A DNA stretch of 64,000 nt from assembly GCF_009914755.1 (NCBI RefSeq), contig NC_060941.1; one strand, 5' to 3'. The position numbers and the translations under genes are program-made. Position 1 is the stretch's first letter. Every line of letters begins with the position of its first letter. Below the pieces are notes generated by a model. It worked only from the letters and a program-made list of their open reading frames with translations, did no database searches and was not told the origin of the DNA. Shown here piece after piece: positions 15,743 through 35,530 of this stretch. This DNA is from the human T2T-CHM13v2.0 reference genome, Homo sapiens.

Positions 15743-16961
15743 TTTTTTATCCAGTCAATCACTGATGGAGACGTACTCAGGTTGGTTTCATGACTTTGCT
15801 GTTGTGAATAATGCTGCAATGAACATATGAGTACAGGTGTCTTTTTATATATTGATTTCTCTTTCTTTGGGTAGATACTCAATAGTTAGATTGCTGGGTT
15901 GAATGGTAGTTCTATTTTTAGTTCTTTGAGAAATCTCTATACTGTTTTCCATAGAGGTTGAAATAATTTATATTCCCACCAGCAATGTATAAGCATTCCC
16001 TTTTCTCCATATCCACATCAACATCTGTAGCTTTTAGACTTTTTAATAATAGCCATTCTGACTAGCATAAGATATCTCATTGTGGTTTTAATTTGTGTTT
16101 CTCTGACAATTATTGATGTTGAGAATTTTTTCATGTTTTTTTTTCTTTTGCTGCTTATATTTCCTCTTTTGAAAAATATCAGTTCATGTTCTTTGCCCAG
16201 TTTTTAATGTTTTTCTTTTTTCTTGTTGAGTTGTTTGAGTTCCTTGTAGATTCTGGATATATTAGTCCTTTGTCAGAAGCATAATTTGCAAATATTTTCT
16301 TCCATTCTGTTGGTTGGTTGTTTACTCAGTTGATTATTTTCTTTTGCTGTGCAGACTCTTTTTATTTTAATTAAGTCCCATACTGCTAAAAATACTCTAC
16401 AGATTAACACAATCTTTGTCAAATTACTAATGCCATTTCTTATAGAATTAGAAAAAACAATTTTAAAGTTCACGTGAAACCAAAAAAGACCCTGAATAGT
16501 CAAAACAATTCTAAGCAAAAAAAAAAAAAGCCAGAGGGATTGCATTGCCTGACTTCAAATTATACTACAAGGCTGCAGTGACTGAAACAACATGGTTCTG
16601 ATATAAAAATAGACACATAGATCAATGGGACAGAATAGAGAACCCAAATATAAAGCCCAGTGCCTACAATCAACTGATCTTTGACAAAGCTGACAAAAAT
16701 AAGCAATGGAGATAGGACAGTCTATTCAATAAATGGTGCTGGGAAAACTGGCTAGACATATGCAGAAGAATGAAACTGGACCCCTATCCCTTACCATATA
16801 TAAATAATTAACTCAAGATGAATTAAGACTTAAATGTAAGACCTGAAACTATAAAAATCCTAGAAGAAAACTAGGAAAAACTCTTCTGGACATTTGCCTA
16901 GGCAAAGAATTTATGATGAAGACTCCAAAAGCAAATGCAACAAAAATGAAAATAGATAAAT
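15181..16961 (-). mobile_element. L1PB4/L1PA16-17-like LINE-1 with 5' inversion, in Tigger1
   Basis: Minus-strand 3' part at 15181-16381, plus-strand ORF2 part at 16378-16961, shared CCAT at the junction; TSD tggcaattt at 15172-15180 and 16962-16970. Confidence 0.88.
15567..15737. repeat. Compound (TG)n/(TA)n microsatellite including a pure (AT)23
   Basis: (AT)23 at 15691-15736, preceded by interrupted TG runs. Confidence 0.95.
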
Positions 16962-17626
16962 TGGCAATTTTAAAAAATAACAGTGAAGTTTGCTGCATTG
17001 TTTGACTTTGACTCTCTTTCGCAAAATATTTCTCTGTAGCATATTTTGTTTAATGGCATTTTGTCCACAGCAGAACTTCTGTCATAATTTGAATCAATTA
17101 TCTCAAACCCTGCTACTGCTTTATCAACCCAAGTTTATGTATTTTCAAAATCCTTTGTTGTCATCTCAACAGTGTTCACAGCATCTTCACTAGGAGTAAA
17201 TTCCATCTAAAGAAACCACTTTCTTTGCTCATGCATAAGAAACAACTCCTCATCTACTCAAGATTTATCATGAGATTGCAGCAATTCAGTCACACCTTTA
17301 GGTTCCACTTCTAATTCTAGTTCTCTTGTTCTTTCCACCACATTTGCAGTTACTTCCTCCACTGAAGGCTTGGATCCCTCAAAGTCAACCATGAAGAATG
17401 CAATCAACTTCTTCAAAACTCCTGTTAATGATACTTTTACCTTCCCCCATGAATCACAAGTGTTCTTAATGGCATCTAGAATGGGGAATCCTTTCCAGAA
17501 GACTTTTGATTTAGTTTGTCAAGCTCCATCAGCAGCGATATACTTAAGAAGTATATTTCTTAAATACTAAGACTTGAAGGCTGGGCACAGTATATACAGC
17601 AGCGATAGACTTAAGTATATTTCTTA

Positions 17627-17977
<351 letters not shown>

Positions 17978-18791
17978 TTATGTTAGAAGGCATGAAAATG
18001 ACATTAATTTCCTTCTAGATCTCCATCGGAGATCATCTTCTTCTCCATCGGAGCTCTTCAGTAACTAGATGCATTGTCAATGAGCAGTAATATTTTGAAA
18101 TAAATCTGTTTTTCTGAGCAGTACTTTTCAACAATGGATTTAAAATATTTAGTACACCATGCCGTACACAGATGTGCTGTCTGTCATTTAGGCATTATTT
18201 TACATTATTTGCATAGCACAGAGTAGATTTAGCATAATTTTTAAAGGCCCTAGGGTATTTGGAATGGTAAATGAACAATGGCTTCAACTTAAAGTCACCA
18301 GCTGCATTGGTCTCTAACAAGAGAGCCAGTCTGTCCTTTGAAGCTTTGAAGCCAAGCATTGACTTCTCCTCTCTAACTATGAAAGTCCTAGATGTTACCT
18401 TCTTCCAATAGAAGGCTGTTTCATCTGCATGGAAAATCTGTTGTTTTTAGTGTCGCCACCTTCATGAATAATCTTAGCTAGATCCTCTGGAAACATTTCT
18501 GCAGCTTCTACATCAGCACTTGCTGCTTCACCTTGCACTTTTATGTTACAAAGGCAGCTTCTTTCCTTAAACCTCATGAACCAACCTCTGCTAGCTTCCA
18601 GCTTTTCTTTTTTACTTTAAGTTCCAGGATACATGTGCAGAACATGCAGGTTTGTTACATAAATAAACTTGTGCCATAGTGGTTCACTGTGCCTATTGAC
18701 CCATCCTCTAAGTTCCCTCCCCTTGCCCCCTACCCCCCAAAAGGCCCTGCTGTGTGTTGTTCCGCTCCCTGTGTCCAAGTGTTCTCATTGT

Positions 18792-22911
<4,120 letters not shown>

Positions 22912-22964
22912 CATGATTCTATCTGGTTATTTTGCACACTAGTTGATGCAGTTTCTTCATAGTG

Positions 22965-24014
22965 TCATTGATTTTTTATTTTGATGTGTTTTTGCAGTGG
23001 CTGGTACTGGTTTTTCCTTTCTATATTTAGTGCTTCTTTCAGGAGCTCTTGCAAGGCAGGCCTGGTGGTAAAGAAATCCCTCAGCATTTGCTTGTCTGGA
23101 AAGAAATTTATTTCTCCTTCGCTTATGAAGCTTAGTTTGGCTGGGTATGAAATTCTCAGAGGAAAATTCTTTTCTTTAAGAACGTTGAATATTGTCCCCC
23201 AATCTCTTCTGGCTTGTAGAGTTTCTGCTGAGAGGTCCACTGTTAGTCTGATGGGCTTCCCTTTTTAGGTGACGTGGCCTTTCTCTCTGGCTGCCCTTAA
23301 TATTTTTCTCAGGCTGCCCTTAACATTTTTCCCTTCATTTCAACCTTAGAGAATCCGAAGATTATATGTCTTGGGATTGATCTTCTTATAGTGTATCTTA
23401 GTGGTGTTCTCTGTATTTCCTGAATGTGCATATTGGCCTGTCTTGTTAGATTGGGGAAGTTCTCCTGGATAATATCCTGAAATGTGTTTTCCAGCTTGTT
23501 TCCATTCTTCCCATTTCCTCGTACTCCAATCAATCATAGGTTTGGTCTTTTTATGAAATCTCTTATTTCTTGGTGGCTTTGTTCATTCCTTTTCATTCCT
23601 TTTTTCTCTAGTCTTGTCTGTATGCCTTATTTCAGCAAGGTGGTCTTTAAAACTCTGATATCCTTTCTTCTGCTTGGTCGATTTGGCTATTGATACTTGT
23701 ATATGCTTCACAAAGTACTTGTGCTGTTTTTCAGCTCCATCAGGTCATTTATGTTCCTCTCTAAAATGGTTACTGTAGTTAGCAGTTCCTCTAACCTTTT
23801 ATCAAGGTTCTTAGCTTCTTTGCATTGGGTTAGAACATGCTCCTTTAGCTCAGCATGGTTTTGTATTACTCATCTTCTGAAGCCTACTTCTGTCAATTCA
23901 TCCATCTCATTCTCCATCCAGTTCTGTGCTCTTGCTGGAGAGAGATCGTGATCATTTAGAGGAGAAAAGGCACTCTGGCCTTTTGAGTTTTCAGCATTTT
24001 TTTCTTATCTTCAT
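22965..24014 (-). pseudogene. Disrupted L1 ORF1
   Basis: Fragments 'DLSAETLQARRDWG...YPAKLSF...TTRPALQELLKEAL' and 'QDIIQENFPNL'. Confidence 0.88.
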
Positions 24015-26729
24015 GAGTTTGTTTAGTTTCGATCTTTGAGGCTGCTGACCCTTGGATAGAGATTTGTGGGTGATTTTGTTGTTGTTGATGATGCTGTTGT
24101 TGTTGCTTTCTGTTTACTTTTCTTTCAATGGCCAGGTCCCTCTTCTGTAGGGCTGCTGCAGTTTGTTGGGGGTTCACTTCAGGCCCTATTCATCTGGTTC
24201 ACTCTCATACCTGGAGATGTCATTGAAGGAGGCTGGAGAACAGCAAAGATGGGTGCGTACTCCTTCTTCTGGGATCTCTGACCAACCTGATGCCAGTAGA
24301 ATCACTTCCGTATAAGATGTCTGACAACCCCTGTTGGAGGGTCTCACCCAGTTGGGTGGCATGGGGAGTAGGACCCACTTAATGAAGCACTTTGTCCCTT
24401 GATGGAAGGGGTGTGCTGTGCTGGGGGAAAACCCACTCGTCTGGGCTGCCCATATTCCTCTGTACTAACAGGAGGAAAGGCTAAGTGTGCTGGTCTGCGG
24501 AGACTGCGGCCACCACTCCCGCTAGGGGCTCAGGCCCAGGGACATCTGGGTTCTGTCCCTGAGCCTCTGGCTGGAGTTATCGGAGTCCCTGCAGGGAAGC
24601 CCTGCCCAGTGAGGAAGGATGAGCCAGGGTCAGGCCTGAAGAGGCACTCTGGCTGCAGTCTGCCACTGCTGGTATGTTGGGCTGTGGGACCAGCATCTTG
24701 AGACCAAGCCATCCAGGCCCCCTGGCTCCAGCAGGGGAAAAGCACAGCCTGGAGCTATAGCAATAGATGCCACCTTTCCCCCACCCAGGCAGCTTAGCAT
24801 GTTAGGCATTTGTGACTCCAAGTACTGGCTGCTGCCTCTCCCCTGAGGAGCTCAAATGGCTTAGACAGCAGGCAGCCGCAGCTGTGGTGCTTGTTGCCCC
24901 TCCCCCCAGGAGCTAAGTAGGCTTAAGCAGATTCCAGCTGAGAGGATGTTGAGACTCTGTGCGGCTCCAGGGTTGGGATGCTAGGCCCCGGTGGTGTGGA
25001 TTCACTAATGGGATCTTCCAATCTGTGGGTCGCACAATTCTGTGGAAAAAGCATGGTTTCCCCACCTAGGTAGCACATTCACTCACCACCTTCCTTGGCA
25101 GGGGTGGGGGCTCCCCTGCCCGTGGGACTCTCAGGTGGGTCACTGCACCATACTGTTCTTCCTTCCTCGCCGTGGATCACAGCAGCTGCCTAGTCAGTTC
25201 TGATGAGAGAACCTGGATGCCTTCATTGGTGGTGAAGGATCCTCATGCTTATTATGGTTCTTTTCAATGGGAGCCTCAGATTGCTGCTGTTTCTAGTCGA
25301 CCATCTTGGCCCTGCACCTCATTGTCTTATCTATGCTATTGCTTCCATCTTTTCTCCTGAAGCTTCTTCACCTCTCTCAGCCTTCACAGAATTGAAGAGA
25401 GTTAGGGCCTTGCTCTAGACAAGGCTTTGGCCTAAGGGAATGTTGTCGCTGGTTTTATCTTCTATTCAGATGAGTATGACTTTCTCCATATCAGCAGTAA
25501 GGCTGTTTGGCATTCTTATCATTCATGTGCTCATAGGAGTAACACTTTTTATCTCCTTTAAGAACTTTTCTTTTACATTCACAACTTGTCTTGCAGCTTG
25601 GCACGAGAACTTAGCTTTTGGCCTATCTCAGCCTCTGAGATGCCTTTCTCGCTAAGTTTGATCATTTCTAGCTTTTGATTTAAAGTGAGAAAATTGCCAT
25701 TCTTCCTTTATTTGAACACTTAGAAGCTGTTTTGGGGTTACTAATTGGCCTAATTTCAATATTGTTGTGTCTCAGGGAATAAGAAGGCCCAAAGAGAGGA
25801 AGAGAGATGGGGGAATGGTTGGTGGAGCAGTCAGAACACACACATTTGCCATTTAAGTTATCTGTGTCATATAGTGATGGTTCCTGGCACCCCAAAACAA
25901 TAAGAATAGAAACATCACAGATCACTGATTGTAGGTCACCATAACAGATACAGTAATAACGAAAAAGTTTGAAATATTCTGAGAGTTACTAAAATGTGGC
26001 ACAGAGACACAAAGTGAGCACATGCTGTTTAAAAAATGGCCCCAATAGACTTACTCACTGCAGAATTGCCACAAGCCTTCAATTTATAGAAAATAAAATA
26101 TCTGCAAAGCTCAATAAAGTGAAGCAACAAGATTAGGTATACCTGTGCCTATGACCACACCTTGATGACATACCAACAGGTTAGAGCTAGAACAAAGGCC
26201 AGAACAGCAACAACAAAGGATTACCTGAGACATTGGAGGTGGCTCAGTGGCCTCTTCTGATCTCTTTTGGCTTAGAGTTCTGTGATGGCTTTTAGATCAC
26301 CCATGCATGGTGCTACACAAAACACTTAGATCACCTCCCATTCCTGGTAGTGCTCAAAGGCAAGTTCCTAAAGGAAGAAGGCTTGGAGAAATATCACCAT
26401 TGGGGAAGTCAATGTACACTTATAAGAGAAAGAAGAACCCCAGCTGAGCCACCACCTCTGTTCAGTGCTCGGTACCTATGCTGTCTAATATGCTAGCCAT
26501 TAGCCACAGGTGGCTGCTGAGCATTTGTAATGTGGCCAGTCCAAATTGAGATGTGCTATAAATGTGCATATACATACCAGAATTCAATAACTTAGTATAA
26601 AAAAGTAGACTATCTGAATAGATTTGCATTGATTGCGTATTGAGGCAAAACTATTTTACATATAATGGATTAGATAAAATATATTATTAAAATTAATTTT
26701 ACCTATTTATTTTTACTTTTGAAAAAATT

Positions 26730-27508
<779 letters not shown>

Positions 27509-28069
27509 TTACATTTTATCTCTATTGAACAGTGCTGCTCTGAACTTTTCTGCCTTCCTCGGTGCCTTCTTTATCTCATGGCCTCTCTTTCTCACTCCCA
27601 TACATGAAGCCTCAACTACCCTTCACCAGGTGTTAGTTTGGCCTCTCTCCTTCCCCTTCCCTAAGACCTAAGTCAAGAATCTCAGCTCTGATCAACCACT
27701 AAGATTATAAGGATCTATGAAAGGCTGTCACATTTAGCTAAGTGTTTTTGTAATTAGATGAAACTGTGACATTTCTCAAGAGGAATGTTACCTTTTCTTC
27801 CTTAATGCATAAGTAGAAGACCCAATAAATTGGGACTGAGAAGGAAAAGCTTTTGAAGTAATTTGATTTTTTAAAAAGTCAACAGCTTTCCTCAGCTTAC
27901 CAGCTGCGAGTAAATTTTATTAACTACGAGGCAGGGAAGAGTGCAAAAACCAATAAAGCATAAATTCAGAGCAGAGATCGACACCAGCTTCTCATTTCTG
28001 GAATACAGTTTTCCTGGAAAGACCTGGGCATCTAGAGATGCAAGGCATTGGAATGTCATCAGTGTCTTT

Positions 28070-29014
28070 GGAATTTCTCGTCACTTCCAGAATAAAACCC
28101 CAAAGCCTTAGCCTATCATCTAAGGCCTTTCTGCTTGTCAGTTTCCTTTTCTGCCACTCCCTGCAGACCTCTCTATGTGAAGACAAGTATTCCTTATTAC
28201 TGCCCAAATATGCGGTGCACTCCTGGGCTTCCCAGCCTTCATACTTCTTTTAACCTTGGCCTGGGAGACCCCATCCCACCTGTATGCATCTGGGAAACTT
28301 TACCCATTCATCAGGACGTAGTTCAAAGGTCACCCCTCTGTGAAGCATCCCTTGACCCCAGTATCCATCAGGGTCCCAGCAGGAAATAGATGTCACACTC
28401 CAATGAGTGGTTAAAGGGAGTTGAATGATGGAACTATTTACAAAGGTGTGGGCCGTGTTAAGAGAAATTGAGATGAGAAGGTGAAGCAGCCTAAGGCTGC
28501 TGCTGGAAGCTGGAAGAAGGAAGGAGTTGCTGGGACATGGCCAGATTCATAAGAGTGCTCTAGGTAGAGCAGTGGCTGCACCTAGTGTGGCAGAAAAAGA
28601 GATGTCCCTCTTACATCTTCTCATGTCTTTCCATTGTCTCCCACTGACTGAGCTATCTGAAAGGCAAATGGCATGAGTGCCCATAGAGCTCACCAGCCCC
28701 AGGGCACACAGCAGGTGGAAGAAGGTAGTGAAAGATTTAGAGGGCAAGCAGAAACTGTCCAGCACAATTCCACAAACTCTTTCTCCAGAAACACTCCCTT
28801 CTCAAGACTCCTTAGCAGCACCGTTTACATTGCAGGATAATCTTTTTCATATTGTATTCATATCGTTCAATGAAATGCCTTTTCCCCAACTACACATGAG
28901 ACAATGAGTTCTTTGAAGGTCACACTCCTTCCTCTCATTCATACACATATTTCTAACACCTGGCAAAATACCTGGTAGAGAGTAGGTGTTAAATACAGAC
29001 AGAGTAAATGAATG
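28070..29014 (+). mobile_element. L2 fragment split by LTR33
   Basis: 'ccagaataaaaccccaaagcc...gttcaaaggtcacccctctgtgaagc' and the terminal '...gtaggtgttaaatac...aatgaatg'. Confidence 0.65.
28360..28766 (-). mobile_element. LTR33-like ERVL solo LTR
   Basis: Reverse complement begins TGTGCTGGACAG...TTGCCCTCTAAATC and ends GTGTGACATCTATTTCCTGCTGGGACCCTGATGGATAC. Confidence 0.75.
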
Positions 29015-29718
29015 TATTCCTTTATCACGTATGTATTTCTAAAACCCTCTTTGAAATCTACATGATGTATGTTGATTCTAGAATGGGAATTTCTCAATGA
29101 ATTAGATATATAGAATTAATGTCCCCCTCCTATGAATCTCAGCTAGGGAGTTAAAATGATTCAAATGAAAGATTATTAGTGCCTCATTATTGTGTAATTG
29201 GTGGCACATTAAGTCATGAGGAATTGAGGAAATGGAACTTAAGTGGAAGGAATTAGCAGTAATTTAGGCCAACCATGAAAATGTTTGTGTGGGTGCTCAC
29301 AAAGAACAATACTGTTGTTTGAATAAAAACTGGGGAGCAGAAGTTTCATATATAATAAAACTTTTTCCTGGCCTGTTTAATTGGATTTTTCATATAAACC
29401 TATGTGGCAAGAAGAGAGAGACCAGAGGGTTTAATGCTTTGTATCTAAAGTGATGGGGATGGAGTGTCTGGGGTACAGCGCGAAATGCCAGTTAAAACAG
29501 TGAAAAGCAAAGGCTGACCTGAGACTGGACCTTGACCATGAAGAGTACATTTAAGGGAGAGGTTGACACAGGCACGAGTATTCCAGGAACAAGGTTTCAC
29601 TGTGACAACTGGACATTCCTCCTAAGCAAACCACTGAATGAGGTTGTATCTCTGAAGTATGTTGGTGCATCTTGGTTTGCTCCCTCTACTAGGTCAATTT
29701 TTGAACTGGAGTTTGGAG

Positions 29719-31177
<1,459 letters not shown>

Positions 31178-32199
31178 CTCTTTTGCATTTTTAACATTTT
31201 TGACTTGATCCTTCCCTTCATCCTGCAAGTATGCTCTAACCTTAAACAAACAAGCTTCTCTCTGACTGATTCTATATTTGACATAGAAACTCCTTTCTAA
31301 CACCACCAACACCTCACAAAAGCCTCCCCCTCCACAACCATTCCAAGGAAGGATCCCTTCTCTTTTTCATTTTGCACCCATTTCTGGGCTGAGTTTTGCT
31401 CTCATTGCAAAAACTGCCTTTCTGTATTTACCAGGAAAGTTCAGGTTGCTCAACCCCTACTTAACCCCATAAACTTTGGTTCTCTTTCGTCCTTGTGATT
31501 CCCTCTGCAATGACTCTTCCTGTTTGAAGAAGTTTCTCTCTGACCTTGGAGTATAAAATTAGGCCTTACAGGGGTTCTCCAGCTAAAAGAAAAACTCCCT
31601 CAATAATACTCTGCCTAGATACTAATGGATTATTTTCCAAACTTAACATTTGTTGTATTCCCTCCTTTCCATATCAACTGGGTTGACTTTTCTTTAAGAA
31701 TCAACCTAATGCCAAAATAACATTTCCAACTGCCTGTAAAGTGGACAAAAGGTGGCTTCTTGTTTTTTGTTTGTTTGTTTGTTTGTTTTTATAAAAGGAT
31801 ATCTATTACAACAAAAACATTATATCCATCTCCCAGTGTAACTTCACACCTGTTCAATAGGTTTGAGCCATCCTAGTCTAATCTAGTCTTCACCTGGCTT
31901 TGGGAAGGCAACCAAGACAAGGACATATCCCAGTGCTTTGCAATTTCATAAGAAATGGATTTAGACTCTAACCACAGTGACTTTCACCACCTTTTATAGG
32001 CAGGGTTTTGGAGTTTCTGCAGAACAAGGCACTCACCATTCACAGTGGCCCCTAGCCATTTGCTGATTGGTCATTCTGAGTGCATGTTCTGGGCCCTCCG
32101 GGCACAGCAAGAGACCAGGGATTTGTGAATTCTGCTGTTGTTCAGACTCCAGGCAGCAGCCACATCTGTGATTGGTTGCTGCTCCCTTGCAATCTTAGT

Positions 32200-32790
32200 T
32201 TTAGTCATTTTCTTAGAAAAGCATCCATGTCATTAAGATTTTTGAGGCTATTGGGATAAATCTGTATACAGTATTCTGCTGCAAAATGTTAACTCTCTCT
32301 GTATTGGTAGTTATATCTCTTCTTATTCCTAATATTAATCACTTGTGTTTTCACTTTCTTCTTATTTTTTCAATTAATCTGTTCAGTAAATTGGCTTCTG
32401 GTTTACTGATTAATTTTACTTAACTGTCTTTCATTCATTTCCTTTTTTAACTGTTATTGATATGTAGTGTACGTATAAGAAGGCACACATAGTATAGCGC
32501 AATGGATTTCCACAAAGTAAATACACTTGATTACACAAGTGTAATCAACACTAGATCAAGAAACAAAACAGTACTGCCGCAGCTCAGTTAATGGTTCCTA
32601 TTGCATGTTCAATGAGCCTCCATTCCAGGAAAATTCCCAGAACCCCCGTTCATGAGACCTTCTAATGCTACCTCCCAAAGGTAGCATGATCTTCCCTTTT
32701 AACAGCATAAATTCGTTTTGTCTGTCTCTTTTCCTACTTTATATACAACCTACTTATATGAAATATATGTACTCTTGTGTCTGATGTTGC
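32200..32790 (-). mobile_element. Old L1M fragments (ORF2 piece plus L1ME-like 3'UTR)
   Basis: 'caatggatttccacaaagtaaatacac...ctagatcaagaaacaaaac...aacagcataaattcgttttgtctgt'. Confidence 0.6.
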
Positions 32791-33108
32791 TATCCTTGTA
32801 GCAGGTTTCTCTTCGGTAACTCACTTTGAGTGTTTTCAGAATTGGAGACAATCAATGTAAGTCACCTAGCACAGGCTCTGGCCTGTAACTGAGGTGTGTA
32901 AGTCGCAGTTATTATCATGAAAAGATGGCATTATCTACAGATGGGTGAAGTGCAGATGAGGAGAGGAGAAGGTGGGGAAAGGGAAAGGAATATGTGCAGT
33001 GGACAAAGCCCAAAAAATTTATCCTGAGAAATTCCCAAATGTATCCTGGCCAGGACCAAGACCAGAAGACCCATATTAGAAAGCAGGATTTTGGTACCTC
33101 CTTTCTAA

Positions 33109-33436
<328 letters not shown>

Positions 33437-33459
33437 TATTATTTTCTTAACATCCTAAC

Positions 33460-34227
33460 GTTTTATTATGAAAATTTTCAAACACATCGAAACATTGACT
33501 TTTACAGTGAATACTCACGTGTCTACCACCTGGGTTCTACAATTAGCATGTTACTTTTCGTGCTTTGTTCCATATTTATGTCTGTTCATTTGTGAGTTCA
33601 TCTTTATATTTTATGCATTTCAAAGGAAGCAGCAGACTTTTAGTAGTGTTTTTCTTTAAAGAAATATCATTCATAGAACACAAAATTAGCCGCTTTAAAA
33701 TTAATTGGTATTTAGTATATTCATAATGTTGTAGAACCACCACCTATGTATAGTTTCAAAACATTTTTGTCACTCCAAAATAAAGCTTCTTACCAATTAA
33801 GCTGTTACTCCTCATTCTGTCTTCCCTTCAGTCCCTGGTGACCACCAATTTGATTTCTGTTTCTGTGGATTTACCTATTTTGGATATTTTATGTGAACAG
33901 AATCATACAATATGTATTTGTGTCTGATCTGTTTCACTTAGCATAATGTTTGTAAGTTTCATCCACTTCCAGCACGTATCAGTAGTCCGTTCCTTTTATG
34001 GCTGAATGAGATCATGGTATGCAAATATCATGATTTGTGTATCTATCCATTGATGAGTATTTGGGTTGTTTCCACCTTTTGGAGATTGTGTTACTTGAGC
34101 ATTTGTGTATAAAGATTTGTTTCAGAGGTTGTTTTCAATTCGTTTGGGTATATACCTAGGAGTAGAATTTCTGGGTCATATGGTAATTCTGTGTTTCCCT
34201 TTTTGAGGAACTGTCAAACTATTTTCT
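33460..34227 (-). mobile_element. L1MC-like 3' end followed by an L1MB7/8-like 3' fragment
   Basis: 'tttattatgaaaattttcaaacac' then 'ctgtggatttacctattttggatattt...ctgggtcatatggtaattctgtg...gaggaactgtcaaact'. Confidence 0.75.
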
Positions 34228-35059
34228 TGGTAGGAGGTTTTTGAACCCTGGGAAATCACTTGCTCAATTTGGATCATTCTCTTCTTCAGTTTTTCCCTTG
34301 AGTAGCTTCCTCTCTGGATAAAATATGCAGGGATTTTAGTGGCATGTGAGAAGAGGCACTGACTAGACAGGCTACAGTTTCCTCTCATCTCCTGTAGGCA
34401 TGTCAACTCACCTGGCATTAGAGGGACCCAGCGGATATAACCTGCAGGGGCACCCACGGCTCCATTAATGGTTCGTGTTGAATGATCAATGAGTCTCCAT
34501 TCCAGGGAACTGCCACATGGAGCGAGACCCCTCTGACACTGCGTGAGCCCTTGATGGCTGAAGCAGCACCAGGCCCCCTCATGGTTTCCTGGGTTCTACT
34601 AGGAGCTAAGTACAACAGGTTTGAGTTGGAGAGAGTAATTTGCCAAAGAAATGCCTGGGAGTGGCAGCTTCTGAAACAGGCGCTGACAGCTGGTGAGGGA
34701 TTTCATAGGGCTGCCCCTGCTCCACGAGCCTGAGAAAACAGGAGAAATTCCAACTGTTGCATGATATCATCTGTGCCTTAGTAGCATTTGTTTTTAAACT
34801 ATGGATTTAATTGCTGTTCCATCAGCTCCTATTTCTTCTTTCTCCCAGAAAAATGGAATATTTGAAATTCCCAAGAAAGCACATTCAATTGCCATTTCTG
34901 TTCCAACTTCAAGACAGAATCATCCTTAATAATGAAAATAAATCTGTTATTGGCAAAGCGTACCCAAGTGTTGCTTTAGGAGAGTCAGGAAAGGGAAGCA
35001 GCAAAGGGAGAGTCAGAGCGGAGCAGAGCCAGCCACAAAGGCTGTTTGTAAGCATGCCA

Positions 35060-35530
35060 ATAACCCACCATATTTTGTACAGCATGTTATCATGTGCAAA
35101 TCAGGTTCACAACAACCTTGTCAGGTAAAGCAAGAAGGTGCTGGTGGATCTTGATTTTGCAGATGAAGAGGTCCAGATTAAAAATGATATGGAACTTACT
35201 CAAGGTCATAAAGCTAGCAGGAAACAGACCCAAACCTCAAGCCCAGTACTATTGCTGCTGTATGAGGAAGAGATCATGAGAGTCCAAATTATCAGGAAAA
35301 TAAAACTGTGGAGTCATGTAGCACCTGGAATTGTGCTATTTTAATTGTGATTCAGCCACTGACAAGCCACATAACCATGAGTAGGTCATTTAGCCCCTAG
35401 CTTCATTTTCCTTCTCTGTACAGTGGAACTAACGATGCTTAACCCATAAGGTTAATGGGTAGTTAGAATGTAACAATGTACGTGAAGTACCTTGCATACT
35501 GGTAATTGCAGGTGTTCAAAAGTTGCAGTT
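35060..35530. mobile_element. Two head-to-head MIRs (- strand 35060-35250, + strand 35305-35530)
   Basis: MIR cores 'attttgcagatgaagagg' and 'cttcattttccttctctgtacagtgg'. Confidence 0.65.

Noticed and set aside
23956-24177. Second polyQ-like ORF (KQQQQHHQQQQ)
   Set aside because: This is the CAA-rich stretch of the L1 5'UTR upstream of ORF1
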